Positions 37,514 through 46,776 of a stretch of 64,000 nt of DNA are shown here, in pieces. The stretch lies in sequence record MH051917; one strand, 5' to 3'. Within the stretch, counting starts at the first letter, position 1. Each line of letters opens with the position of its first letter. The translations under genes were made by a program, and so were the position numbers. This DNA comes from Enterobacteria phage vB_EcoM_IME341. The notes under the pieces were generated by a model that was given only the letters and a program-made list of their open reading frames with translations, was not told where the DNA came from and searched no databases.

Positions 37514-37729
37514 ATGAACAAATTTCGTAATGCTGTTTCCGATATCCTGGCCAATATTACATTTGCCCTGTTTATCGTGTGCCTTTTAATCCTGGTCATC
37601 CCGTTTGGATTACTGTTTGTTATTATCGGTGCCCTGAGTACTGAAAAAGGTCTTGAAGGGTCTGAGTTCGAAAAACGAATCCAGTCTGTTCATGGTGTTA
37701 TTTCTAAAATGATGAAGGTGAAAGAATGA
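37514..37729 (+). CDS. small membrane protein
   Basis: 71 aa from ATG 37514; one TM helix. Confidence 0.45.
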   Translation: MNKFRNAVSDILANITFALFIVCLLILVIPFGLLFVIIGALSTEKGLEGSEFEKRIQSVHGVISKMMKVKE

Positions 37730-38022
37730 AACGTTTTGAAGAATATGTAGCTACTAATTGGACCGCATGGGACAAGTTCGGTGATGATTGGTACTTCCAT
37801 GACTGTGACCTGAACCCGGAATTCTTTGTCGGTAAGGAAGAAGACCTCAAGGACATCTATACTCTTTCAGAGATTCATGGTATCAAACCTACTGTCTACT
37901 TCTCTTTTGATGATACCGGGTTCCTTATCAAGATTTACGTCCCGTATGGAACTAATGAGGACGAAGTTCTAAAAACCTGGGACTACCAAGGAGTTATTTC
38001 CTGTGGACCAAAAGTTAACTAA
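37726..38022 (+). CDS. hypothetical protein
   Basis: 98 aa. Confidence 0.5.
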   Translation: MKRFEEYVATNWTAWDKFGDDWYFHDCDLNPEFFVGKEEDLKDIYTLSEIHGIKPTVYFSFDDTGFLIKIYVPYGTNEDEVLKTWDYQGVISCGPKVN

Positions 38023-38320
38023 AATCGAAATCTACGGCATTCCTGAGACAGTTATGCGCTGTCCAGGGTGCATTGCAGTTCTATCGCTCCTAAATTCCCT
38101 TTCTATCCCACATACTTTCTATCCTGTGATTAACCAGACGCCGTCAGGCGCGGTATATGACAAGCCTCTTATAGTATCATTGGCTAAACGCGCCGGCTTC
38201 AAGAGCTTAGCGATACGCTATCCTGTCATCTTTGTCGATAATAAGAAAATAGAAAATATTCCTGCCTTCAAATCACTTTTGATTGAACTTGGTTATGACC
38301 AAGATTTAATTGAAGATTAG
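38003..38320 (+). CDS. glutaredoxin/thioredoxin-like protein (CPGC)
   Basis: KIEIYG...CPGC resembles NrdC/NrdH N-terminus; GTG start after SD AGGAG. Confidence 0.45.
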   Translation: MDQKLTKIEIYGIPETVMRCPGCIAVLSLLNSLSIPHTFYPVINQTPSGAVYDKPLIVSLAKRAGFKSLAIRYPVIFVDNKKIENIPAFKSLLIELGYDQDLIED

Positions 38321-38321
38321 T

Positions 38322-38350
38322 GTTTACTTCCTCTCCTCACGTGTTATAGT
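38322..38350 (+). promoter_or_regulatory. early promoter with RBS-sequestering inverted repeat
   Basis: gtttacttcctctcctcacgtgttatagt...aacacatgaggag; arms ctcctcacgtgtt / aacacatgaggag. Confidence 0.5.
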
Positions 38351-38379
38351 CTATCCTATCAACACATGAGGAGAACATT

Positions 38380-38562
38380 ATGACTATCCAAGATAAAGAA
38401 ATTAAAGCCGACCAGTATTATTTGGTAAATGGGCGTGCGGTTCGTGTAATTGCTGCTAGCGATTCAGACGTATGGTATCGTGTACTGGACCATAGAAATA
38501 TTCCATTGATGGTATGTGACCGTAGTTTGTTTTGTTCGATAGCTAAGGAAATTAAATTATGA
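38380..38562 (+). CDS. hypothetical protein
   Basis: 60 aa. Confidence 0.45.
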   Translation: MTIQDKEIKADQYYLVNGRAVRVIAASDSDVWYRVLDHRNIPLMVCDRSLFCSIAKEIKL

Positions 38563-38813
38563 GCCTGAAATTACACTCAATGGAAAATATCATTACCCTT
38601 AATCTGGATGATGAGCGCCTGATTTTTCTCACCATCACTGATAAAAATATTGAAATCGCTAACGGCCCGAAAACTTATTGCTGTCCTGTTAAGAATTGGA
38701 AACGCGTAACATTTCTTACTCTGGCCGAACGCCTGAAAGATATTAAGTTAGATTTGGATGTCAAAGATGTCCAATACATTAAAAATCTTATTGGATACAA
38801 ACTGCTGAGGTAA
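38559..38813 (+). CDS. hypothetical protein
   Basis: 84 aa. Confidence 0.45.
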   Translation: MSLKLHSMENIITLNLDDERLIFLTITDKNIEIANGPKTYCCPVKNWKRVTFLTLAERLKDIKLDLDVKDVQYIKNLIGYKLLR

Positions 38814-38815
38814 CT

Positions 38816-39109
38816 ATGGGTAAAACTATCCGTCGTAAAGAATTGTCTGTAAAAGATTTTTATTATTCCGGACGCCGTAAAGCACCGGACGGCGTAAGTC
38901 AGGATTTGGTTGAAGAAAATATCTTCCGTTCTGACAAGTGGAAACGTATGCGCGGTGTTGATTCCGAAGTTAAGAATGAAATGAATCGCCAGCTTCGTAA
39001 AGAAGTGAGAAAGCTGAAAAAAGATGTTTACAACGATGATGAACCTGATTACAATACTTCTCATCAAGTTGCAAAACGTAAATCAAACGAATGTTATCGT
39101 TACAGCTGA
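38816..39109 (+). CDS. hypothetical basic protein
   Basis: 97 aa, K/R-rich. Confidence 0.45.
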   Translation: MGKTIRRKELSVKDFYYSGRRKAPDGVSQDLVEENIFRSDKWKRMRGVDSEVKNEMNRQLRKEVRKLKKDVYNDDEPDYNTSHQVAKRKSNECYRYS

Positions 39110-39248
39110 GGAAAATATGAATATCAAACGAATGCTTTTTAAGCAAGGGTTATATACCTTAAATGTTGCTCCAAAAGGCGATACAACCAAGTGGTCAGTA
39201 AATGACTGGGTTAAATTCATTGATGAAAATGGCAATTGGAAAATTTAA

Positions 39249-39449
39249 ATGAATCCTGAATCTAAATTATCACAGCAAATTTCTGAAGCCCGTCGTCAGT
39301 TCTTTGAAAATATGATAGCCCAAGGTATTGATGACGAAGTTTTTCTGAACTGGTTTTGGAACCACAAATATTCAGCTTGTTCAGGCGCTTTGTTAATTTC
39401 CGCAGCAATGATGTTCGAAGGTTGGAAAGGCGCTAAAGCACAAAAATAG
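39249..39449 (+). CDS. hypothetical protein
   Basis: 66 aa. Confidence 0.45.
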   Translation: MNPESKLSQQISEARRQFFENMIAQGIDDEVFLNWFWNHKYSACSGALLISAAMMFEGWKGAKAQK

Positions 39450-39478
39450 TTTACAAACTCTTGGGACCAGAGTATAAT
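39449..39478 (+). promoter_or_regulatory. early promoter (GTTTAC / TATAAT) with inverted repeat
   Basis: gtttacaaactcttgggaccagagtataatggtcc. Confidence 0.5.
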
Positions 39479-39517
39479 GGTCCTACGGATTATAACTTTA
39501 AAACTGAGGAAATTATT

Positions 39518-39847
39518 ATGTCACAAGCTATTAAAAACGTACTGAACTCTTTCGCTTTCGATAAAGTAAACGAACTGATGAAAACAGGTTTTGTAACTCC
39601 TCAGGTTCTTGACCAATGGGTTGCCGAACTGTTACCAATCATGCACTCCAAAGACCAGAAAATTGGTAAGAATGGTATTCGTGAAATCCTGGTCCAATAT
39701 ATCCTCGATGAATTCGATGTCGCTGCCTTTGGTGTTGAATCTAAAGCTTGGGCCCCTGGTGAAATCTCGGATAAAACTATCCGTCGTATGAAAAACCAAC
39801 GTAAGAAAAAATTCGTTGACCTTAAAATTGTTAAGGCGGCGAAATGA
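39518..39847 (+). CDS. hypothetical protein
   Basis: 109 aa from ATG after SD GAGGAA. Confidence 0.5.
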   Translation: MSQAIKNVLNSFAFDKVNELMKTGFVTPQVLDQWVAELLPIMHSKDQKIGKNGIREILVQYILDEFDVAAFGVESKAWAPGEISDKTIRRMKNQRKKKFVDLKIVKAAK

Positions 39848-40092
39848 GTAATTTGCCTGAAGATGTATCGGTTATAATAGTTCTTAAAGCTTTAGCCGGT
39901 TTCCAACGTACACCCATGATGGATAATATTGAAACTATTATAAAAGCGGTTAAGAGGCTAAGTGTAATCCATCGTGATTTCAGGATATTTCCTATAAGCT
40001 CTGAGACCACTTATATGAAAATGCCTAATCCTAAAACAGCTTGGGATGAAGGCATGACATTAAATGAATTTGAGGATTATTTAAATGATTAA
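39844..40092 (+). CDS. hypothetical protein
   Basis: 82 aa. Confidence 0.45.
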   Translation: MSNLPEDVSVIIVLKALAGFQRTPMMDNIETIIKAVKRLSVIHRDFRIFPISSETTYMKMPNPKTAWDEGMTLNEFEDYLND

Positions 40093-40351
40093 AATAAAAC
40101 TCTCTAATTACGATAAAAACTTGGAAATGATTACTATGAAAGAAGAACTCCTGAATGATGTCCGCTTTACCGGTTATGCAGTTCAATTTAATGGCGATGG
40201 GACTCTTCAAATTGAAGGCGACCACTTTATTATTGAATATGAATTCCACCAGTATTGGTTGTATGCGAAGGACGAAGTTGGCGGTGTTGATTACGTCGAT
40301 GAGTTTGATAATCTTGATGACGCACTAGAAGGAGCTCGATTCCTACAATGA
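40085..40351 (+). CDS. hypothetical acidic protein
   Basis: 88 aa. Confidence 0.45.
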   Translation: MIKIKLSNYDKNLEMITMKEELLNDVRFTGYAVQFNGDGTLQIEGDHFIIEYEFHQYWLYAKDEVGGVDYVDEFDNLDDALEGARFLQ

Positions 40352-40611
40352 CCCCTGTATCCACTACCCTCGCCTACGAAGGACTAGGGATTTTCTTAAT
40401 AGATAGTTATATGAATGTTGAGTTTATTTGTGGAGAGACTTCTGAAGTGTGGAAGTCTCATATTTCCAAATATAACCAATCAGAATATTTGGTCCTTTAC
40501 CAACAATTCTGTCTTTACATTCAAAGCCAAGGGTTTGAAGGAGCTCCTTCCTTTGAAGAGTTCAAAAAAATCCTTGAAACAGTATTTCAGGCTTATTGCT
40601 TACTCCGTTGA
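40348..40611 (+). CDS. hypothetical protein
   Basis: 87 aa. Confidence 0.45.
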   Translation: MTPVSTTLAYEGLGIFLIDSYMNVEFICGETSEVWKSHISKYNQSEYLVLYQQFCLYIQSQGFEGAPSFEEFKKILETVFQAYCLLR

Positions 40612-40677
40612 TGCTTTAAACGGGTCTTCAAATACTATGATATAATAGACCTATGATTTGAGTTATCTGAGGTAACA

Positions 40678-41235
40678 ATGACCGAAATTAAACTGACTAA
40701 AAATAACTATGTAAATAATAAGGAGCTTCTGAAAGCTATTACCCAATGGAAAACAGAGCTCAGAGAAAATACCGATCCTAATAAAATAGTTCGTCAGAAC
40801 GACGTTATCGGCTTGGCTATTATGCTCATTGCTGAAGGACTAAGTAAACGTTTCAACTTCTCAGGATATACCCAATCTTGGAAGCAAGAAATGATTGCTG
40901 ATGGAATCGAAGCTTCGATTAAAGGTCTTCACAACTTCGACGAAACAAAATACGACAACCCACATGCATATATCACTATGGCTTGTTTTAATGCCTTCGT
41001 TCAGCGTATCAAAAAAGAACGTAAAGAAATGGCAAAGAAATATAGCTACTTCGTCCATAACGTCTATGACAGTAATGATGACGACATGGTAGGTATTGCA
41101 GATGAAACCTTTATCCAAGATATCTACGACAAAATGACTCAGTATGAAACCTCTTTAACTAAAGCACCAGGGTCTGATAAGAGTGCCGAACCTAAAGTTG
41201 GTGAACTGGATTTTTTATATGGAACATCAGATTAA
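40678..41235 (+). CDS. 55: gp55 late-transcription sigma factor
   Basis: 185 aa; [71 protein letters not shown]; highly similar to T4 gp55. Confidence 0.9.
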   Translation: MTEIKLTKNNYVNNKELLKAITQWKTELRENTDPNKIVRQNDVIGLAIMLIAEGLSKRFNFSGYTQSWKQEMIADGIEASIKGLHNFDETKYDNPHAYITMACFNAFVQRIKKERKEMAKKYSYFVHNVYDSNDDDMVGIADETFIQDIYDKMTQYETSLTKAPGSDKSAEPKVGELDFLYGTSD

Positions 41236-41449
41236 TATCACTCCACTTTTGGATGGAATGGAAGACTTTGAAGCACTCCCTTATTTTATTAAATTGATAT
41301 TACGGGATGTTAAAGGCCTTCCTATTGATATTGACCCACTTAACGTCAGGAATATTGAATTCACTTCTCCTGACAATAACGTAGATTATCGTTATCATGT
41401 TGAGAACGCTAATTTCTACTTCACTATTGAATTGACTCCAAAGGATTAA
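41219..41449 (+). CDS. hypothetical protein
   Basis: 76 aa from ATG overlapping gp55 end. Confidence 0.4.
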   Translation: MEHQINITPLLDGMEDFEALPYFIKLILRDVKGLPIDIDPLNVRNIEFTSPDNNVDYRYHVENANFYFTIELTPKD

Positions 41450-41450
41450 T

Positions 41451-41762
41451 ATGCAAAGCCATGACATTTCTCAATTGACTGATGAGCAAATTGAAGAAGC
41501 CCAGCAACGTTTAGAAGAGCACAATATTAAAGAAGCTAATTCTCAAGCGGCTAAGATTCTTAAGAAGAATGCTCGTGAAATCCGTCGTTTAAATCTCCAT
41601 GCCCAAGGCGCTGTACTTGAAAACAACTTTGAAGCATATAAGTACGCTTTAATTAAATTACGTGGTATTTACCGTCAACCTGTTACTGATGAACTTGTTC
41701 AATTGATGTGGGAATCTACTCGCAAACAAATTTGGGAAATCGTCAATGGCTCTAGTAAATAA
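41451..41762 (+). CDS. hypothetical protein
   Basis: 103 aa. Confidence 0.5.
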   Translation: MQSHDISQLTDEQIEEAQQRLEEHNIKEANSQAAKILKKNAREIRRLNLHAQGAVLENNFEAYKYALIKLRGIYRQPVTDELVQLMWESTRKQIWEIVNGSSK

Positions 41763-41946
41763 ACCCTTTAAACGGCTTCTTATTGGAGCCGCCTTTAGAC
41801 TTCGCTCATACGGTAATATCTGTATTAAGCAGTCCGAAACCGAATATAAAATGATGGGCCAATATTCTGATGGTATTTTTCAGATTGAGCCCGTAGCCAA
41901 GGTTTGGGTAGATTCTCATCAACTTAAGAAGTGGTGGCAGAGATGA
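41746..41946 (+). CDS. hypothetical protein
   Basis: 66 aa. Confidence 0.4.
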   Translation: MALVNKPFKRLLIGAAFRLRSYGNICIKQSETEYKMMGQYSDGIFQIEPVAKVWVDSHQLKKWWQR

Positions 41947-42168
41947 TAACATGGACTGCAGGCTAATGAAAGACGAATACGAAAAAGTTTAAGAGGCTGT
42001 ATGAATGACGAATTCGATGGATTTTGATAAGATTAAATCTGACAAAAATGAGATGTTGCTTCAATTTGAAGCCGCTCGTATTAAAGCAGAAAATGAAGGT
42101 ACTATTACCTATAAGCCTATCAAGTTCAGGTCTAATCACGAACCTCTGTACGGTGTATTAGTTGGTAA

Positions 42169-42189
42169 AGGAGCTTAGGCTCCTTTTTT
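42169..42189 (+). terminator. intrinsic terminator
   Basis: aggagc-ttag-gctcct + TTTTT. Confidence 0.6.
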
Positions 42190-42213
42190 GCTTTATGCAT
42201 ATCGGAGTACAAT
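42188..42213 (+). promoter_or_regulatory. possible T4-type middle promoter (MotA box TGCTTTA + TACAAT)
   Basis: tTGCTTtA, 12 bp, TACAAT upstream of small ORF and gene 47. Confidence 0.35.
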
Positions 42214-42374
42214 AGTCTAAACTGAGGAGAACATATGGAATTATTTTTAGGATATGTCGTGCTATTAATGGCATTCTATACATTCACACGAGCTTGTTGG
42301 ATAGGATTCTTTTCCACTCCTGACGGGTTCATTTCAATAATTTTATTTTGCACTGCGATAACGGCGCTTGGCTT

Positions 42375-43397
42375 ATGAAAATACTAAACACAGGTGACTG
42401 GCACCTTGGAGTTAAGAACGATGATGTGTGGGTACAGAATATCCAACGTCAAGGTATCCAAGACGCTATTGATTATTCTAAAGCAAATGGTATTACTGTC
42501 TGGATTCAGTACGGTGATATCTTTGACGTTCGTAAAGCAATTACCCACAAGTGCATGGAATTCGCTCGCGAAATTTCCGATTTGCTTAAAGCCAACGGCA
42601 TTACCATGTATACTATCGTTGGCAACCATGATATGCACTACAAAAATACCTTGACTCCGAACGCAGCTTCAGAAGTTCTGGGTAAATATGACCATATCAA
42701 GGTTATTGAGAAACCTACTACGGTTAACTTTGATGGCACCGAAATTGATTTGATTCCATGGATGTGTGAAGAAAACACGACCGATATCATGGACCATATC
42801 AAAAATACCACAGCAGATTTCTGTATAGGTCACTGGGAATTAAATGGTTTCTATTTCTATAAAGGAATGAAATCTCATGGTTTAGAACCTGATTTCCTTA
42901 AGAAGTATAAGCAAGTTTGGTCAGGCCATTTCCACACTATTTCTGATGCAGCAAACGTTAAGTATATTGGTACGCCATGGACCCTGACTGCTGGAGATGA
43001 GAACGACCCTCGCGGCTTTTGGATTTTCGATACAGAAACCCATAAGATGGATTTCATCATTAATGAAACCTGTTGGCACCGTAAGATTCATTATCCAAAT
43101 GCGACTATCGATTACAAAGATTTTACAAATATCGCAGTTCGTGTTATAGTCGATAAAATTGATGACGGTCTTACTAAGTTCGAATCAGAGCTTGAAAAGG
43201 TTGTCCATTCTTTACGTATCGTGTCTAAGGTAGATAACAGTGTTGATATCGATGATTCTGAAGAGGAAGATGAAGTTAAGTCCCTCTTGGATATGATGTA
43301 TGATTATATCGATGCCCTTCCTGATGGCCACACTGAAGACGATGTTAAAGCCCTTAAGACTATGGCTGCACAACTTTATAATGAGGTTACACGATGA
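42375..43397 (+). CDS. 47: gp47 recombination endonuclease subunit (Mre11-like)
   Basis: MKILNTGDWHLGVK..., phosphoesterase motifs GDIFD, GNHD; ORF-track start 42348 is upstream non-ATG. Confidence 0.9.
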   Translation: MKILNTGDWHLGVKNDDVWVQNIQRQGIQDAIDYSKANGITVWIQYGDIFDVRKAITHKCMEFAREISDLLKANGITMYTIVGNHDMHYKNTLTPNAASEVLGKYDHIKVIEKPTTVNFDGTEIDLIPWMCEENTTDIMDHIKNTTADFCIGHWELNGFYFYKGMKSHGLEPDFLKKYKQVWSGHFHTISDAANVKYIGTPWTLTAGDENDPRGFWIFDTETHKMDFIINETCWHRKIHYPNATIDYKDFTNIAVRVIVDKIDDGLTKFESELEKVVHSLRIVSKVDNSVDIDDSEEEDEVKSLLDMMYDYIDALPDGHTEDDVKALKTMAAQLYNEVTR

Positions 43398-43657
43398 CTT
43401 TAGATGAATTCAAAAAATCAGGCCTTGAACTAGAACACGACTGTATCGTTATTGATGACGATAACCAAACGAGCATCATTAAGTTCTGGTTTGAAGCCGT
43501 GAGCACTCGTGATACCAACGAGCTTATTAAAGTTTATGTTGCTACTGATTGGGCTGTGGAATTTAGCTTTAATGTAATGGTAGATGATACTCCAGAAACA
43601 TTAATTCATATGGCTGAATCATGCATCAAGGATGCTTATAACGATGAAGACTTTTAA
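43394..43657 (+). CDS. hypothetical protein between genes 47 and 46
   Basis: 87 aa. Confidence 0.45.
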   Translation: MTLDEFKKSGLELEHDCIVIDDDNQTSIIKFWFEAVSTRDTNELIKVYVATDWAVEFSFNVMVDDTPETLIHMAESCIKDAYNDEDF

Positions 43658-45326
43658 GTTAAAGAAAGTAACGTATAAAAATATTATGTCGGTAGGCCAG
43701 CAACCTATTACAATCCAACTTGACAAGGTCCAAAAGACCTTAGTCACCGGTAAAAATGGCGCTGGTAAATCTACGTTCCTTGAAGCCGTTACATTTGCTC
43801 TGTTCGGTAAGCCTTTTCGTGATGTTAAGAAAGGGCAGTTGATTAACTCAAGTAATAAGAAAGACCTTTTGGTCGAACTGTGGATGGAATATGATGGCAA
43901 AGAATACTATATCAAGCGCGGGCAAAAACCCAATATTTTTGAAATCTCTTGTGGCGGTGAACGTCTTGATGAATCTGCCAGCAGTAAAGACTTCCAAGCA
44001 GAATTTGAACAGCTTATCGGAATGTCATATGCCAGTTTCAAACAGATTGTCGTACTTGGTACAGCAGGGTATACCCCTTTCATGGGTTTGTCGACCCCTG
44101 CGCGCCGAAAGCTTGTGGAAGACCTCTTAGAGGTTTCTGTATTGGCGGATATGGACAAGTTGAACAAATCTTTGATTCGTGAGACTAATAGCCAAATCCA
44201 GGTAATCGACGTTAAACAGGATTCTATTACCCAGCAAATTAAAATTTATAATGACAACGAAGAACGTCAGCGTAAATTATCCGGCGAGAATGCAGCACGT
44301 CTACAAACAATGTACGATGAGCTCGTGAAGGAAGCCAGGACTGCGAAGGGCAATATAGAAAAACTGACTGATGAATTACTCAATGTCATCGTCGATGATG
44401 ACCCTAGCAACTCTATGAGTGACCTGAGCAATAAAGGATTTGCAATCAAGAATGATATGGCAACCTTTACTAAGGTTGTGAAATTATACGAAACCGGTGG
44501 TAGTTGTCCTACATGTATGCAAGGATTGGAAGAGCATGGAAATATCCTTACTAAAATTAAGGATAAGAACTTTGAGCTTCAAAAATCTTTGGATAAGATT
44601 AATGAGCAGTACCAAGAACTCAAGCTCATTAAGGACCAAGTAACCGAACAACGTAATAAAGCACTGGCTATTAAATCTCAGATAGCTACTCATAAGCAAC
44701 AAGCCATTACTGCTGTAGAGAAAGCTAAAAAGGTTAAAGTATTAATTGACCAAGCTGCGGCAGAGTTCGTAAGTAATGCCGAAGAGATTGCCACGCTTCA
44801 AGCAGAGCTTGATAAAATCGTCTCTACCAAATCGTCCTTAGTAATGGAAAAATATCATCGTGGAATTCTGACAGAAATGTTGAAGGATACCGGTATTAAA
44901 GGTTCCATTATTAAGAAATACATTCCTATCTTTAATAAGCAGATAAATTCTTATTTGAAGATTATGGAAGCCGACTACGTCTTTACACTGGACGAAGAGT
45001 TCAATGAGACGATTAAATCACGTGGACGTGAAGACTTTAGCTATGCTTCATTTTCACAGGGTGAGAAAGCACGTATTGATATCGCACTACTTTTTACATG
45101 GCGCGATATTGCTTCTAAGGTATCAGGTGTTAATATCAGCACGTTAATTCTTGATGAGGTATTTGACAGTGCTACTGACGCTGAAGGCGTTAAGACCATT
45201 GCAACCATCTTGAATAGCCTTGAGGATACGAACGTGTTCATTATCTCTCACCGAGACCATGACCCACAAGCTTATGGCCAACATCTTCAAATGAAGAAAG
45301 TTGGACGATTTACGGTGATGGAATGA
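43644..45326 (+). CDS. 46: gp46 recombination endonuclease subunit (Rad50/SbcC-like)
   Basis: Walker A GKNGAGKST, long coiled coil, CPTC zinc hook, signature/Walker B LILDEVFD. Confidence 0.9.
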   Translation: MKTFKLKKVTYKNIMSVGQQPITIQLDKVQKTLVTGKNGAGKSTFLEAVTFALFGKPFRDVKKGQLINSSNKKDLLVELWMEYDGKEYYIKRGQKPNIFEISCGGERLDESASSKDFQAEFEQLIGMSYASFKQIVVLGTAGYTPFMGLSTPARRKLVEDLLEVSVLADMDKLNKSLIRETNSQIQVIDVKQDSITQQIKIYNDNEERQRKLSGENAARLQTMYDELVKEARTAKGNIEKLTDELLNVIVDDDPSNSMSDLSNKGFAIKNDMATFTKVVKLYETGGSCPTCMQGLEEHGNILTKIKDKNFELQKSLDKINEQYQELKLIKDQVTEQRNKALAIKSQIATHKQQAITAVEKAKKVKVLIDQAAAEFVSNAEEIATLQAELDKIVSTKSSLVMEKYHRGILTEMLKDTGIKGSIIKKYIPIFNKQINSYLKIMEADYVFTLDEEFNETIKSRGREDFSYASFSQGEKARIDIALLFTWRDIASKVSGVNISTLILDEVFDSATDAEGVKTIATILNSLEDTNVFIISHRDHDPQAYGQHLQMKKVGRFTVME

Positions 45327-45514
45327 GTGATTTTATAACAGGCCAGCATTTGTTGGCCGTTCCTGAACTAAAGCGATACGTTTTAGTTAACAACTTCTCT
45401 GGTGACGAACACCTTGTTACTGAAGATTATCTCCGAAATGCTTTTAAGTCAGAGTATGATAGAATCATGTCGAACAGGAACCCTGCCTGGTTCGTTTATG
45501 AATACTTTGATTAA
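45323..45514 (+). CDS. hypothetical protein (45.2 position)
   Basis: 63 aa. Confidence 0.45.
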   Translation: MSDFITGQHLLAVPELKRYVLVNNFSGDEHLVTEDYLRNAFKSEYDRIMSNRNPAWFVYEYFD

Positions 45515-45574
45515 ATTAAGTGCTTTAAAATATTGATTTATAATACATCTACCAACCAAATGAGAGAAAATATT

Positions 45575-45988
45575 ATGTTTGCTAACGCTATTACTGTTAA
45601 AGATATCCAAGTTAAAACCATTCGTACTGACTCTAACCCACACAATCAAAACCGTATTCGTAAATCATGGGTACTGAATATTGATACCAACTCTGCACGT
45701 CGTCTGCAGTCTCTTCCACAAGAAACTAAGTTCATGCTCTATGGTATCATTGATAACGACGTATCCGATAAGTGGGTAGAAATTATGCGTCGTCATTATA
45801 ATGATTCTCTGGCCGCAGGTGCTAAACTGGTTATCGACCGTGATGGTTCTGAACGTCTCGAAGATGATTATTGCGTAGATTTTGACGAACAACTGCTTGA
45901 AGCCGGTGCTATTGTTGCTTCCCAGATTCCAGAGTATATTGAATCTCTGCCTGAATCCATTCGTAAACAAATGATCGTTATTGCTTAA
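45575..45988 (+). CDS. putative RNA polymerase-binding protein RpbA (position-based)
   Basis: 137 aa between 45.2 and gene 45 as T4 rpbA. Confidence 0.45.
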   Translation: MFANAITVKDIQVKTIRTDSNPHNQNRIRKSWVLNIDTNSARRLQSLPQETKFMLYGIIDNDVSDKWVEIMRRHYNDSLAAGAKLVIDRDGSERLEDDYCVDFDEQLLEAGAIVASQIPEYIESLPESIRKQMIVIA

Positions 45989-46016
45989 TTAATTTTTGAC
46001 TTGATAAGGAAACATT

Positions 46017-46715
46017 ATGAAATTCTCTAAAGAAACTCTGAACATTCTGAAAAACTTCTCCGGTATTAACCCAGGTATCATGCTTAAACCTGGTAACACT
46101 ATTCTAACTCGTTCAGTAACGGGTGCCAGTTATGGTGAAGCTACTGTAAATGACACCTTTGATATCGAAGCCGCAATTTATGATTTGAATGGCTTCTTAA
46201 GTATTCTGTCATTGGTATCCGATAGTGCTGAAGTTTCGGTAAGTGAAGACCAAACCACCTTAATTATTAAAGACCAACGTTCAACTATTAAGTGGCCTAT
46301 TGCCGACCCAAGTACAATTGCATTCCCAAGCAAAGCTATTCCGTTCCCGGTGGCTGAAGTTATTTTTGACCTTAAAGCCGAAGATTACCAACAGTTGATG
46401 CGTGTGTCCTCTGGACTGAGTATTGATACATTTGCTATCACTGTAGACAATGGTAAAATTGTAATCAACGGTTACAAACAAGTTGATGATAAGGACCTGG
46501 CACGTCCATTGTATTCCTTAGTGGTTGCGGACCATGATGGCCCTGAATTCAAATTCATTATTAACAAAACTAATATGAAAATGATGCCGGCTGATTACCA
46601 TGTATTGCTATGGGCTCGTGGTGAAGGTCAAGACGCTCGTTTCGCAGCCAAGTTTGAAGGTTCACAAGCTTCTTACGTATTAGCTATGGAAGCAGGCTCA
46701 AGCCACTCGTTCTAA
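46017..46715 (+). CDS. 45: gp45 sliding clamp
   Basis: 232 aa; NPGIMLKPGNTILTRSV, DPSTIAFPSKAIPFPVAEV; resembles T4 gp45. Confidence 0.9.
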   Translation: MKFSKETLNILKNFSGINPGIMLKPGNTILTRSVTGASYGEATVNDTFDIEAAIYDLNGFLSILSLVSDSAEVSVSEDQTTLIIKDQRSTIKWPIADPSTIAFPSKAIPFPVAEVIFDLKAEDYQQLMRVSSGLSIDTFAITVDNGKIVINGYKQVDDKDLARPLYSLVVADHDGPEFKFIINKTNMKMMPADYHVLLWARGEGQDARFAAKFEGSQASYVLAMEAGSSHSF

Positions 46716-46740
46716 AGCATGGGGAGGAGATTCCTCCCTT
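46712..46740 (+). promoter_or_regulatory. stem-loop followed by TTGGAGTATAATG upstream of gene 44
   Basis: gggagga-gat-tcctccc then ttggagtataatg. Confidence 0.35.
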
Positions 46741-46776
46741 GGAGTATAATGTAAAAACAAACCTGAGGAAATTAAT

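Noticed and set aside
38675-39067. Minus-strand 130-aa ORF
   Set aside because: Antisense to two plus-strand ORFs in a uniformly plus-strand operon; no RBS.
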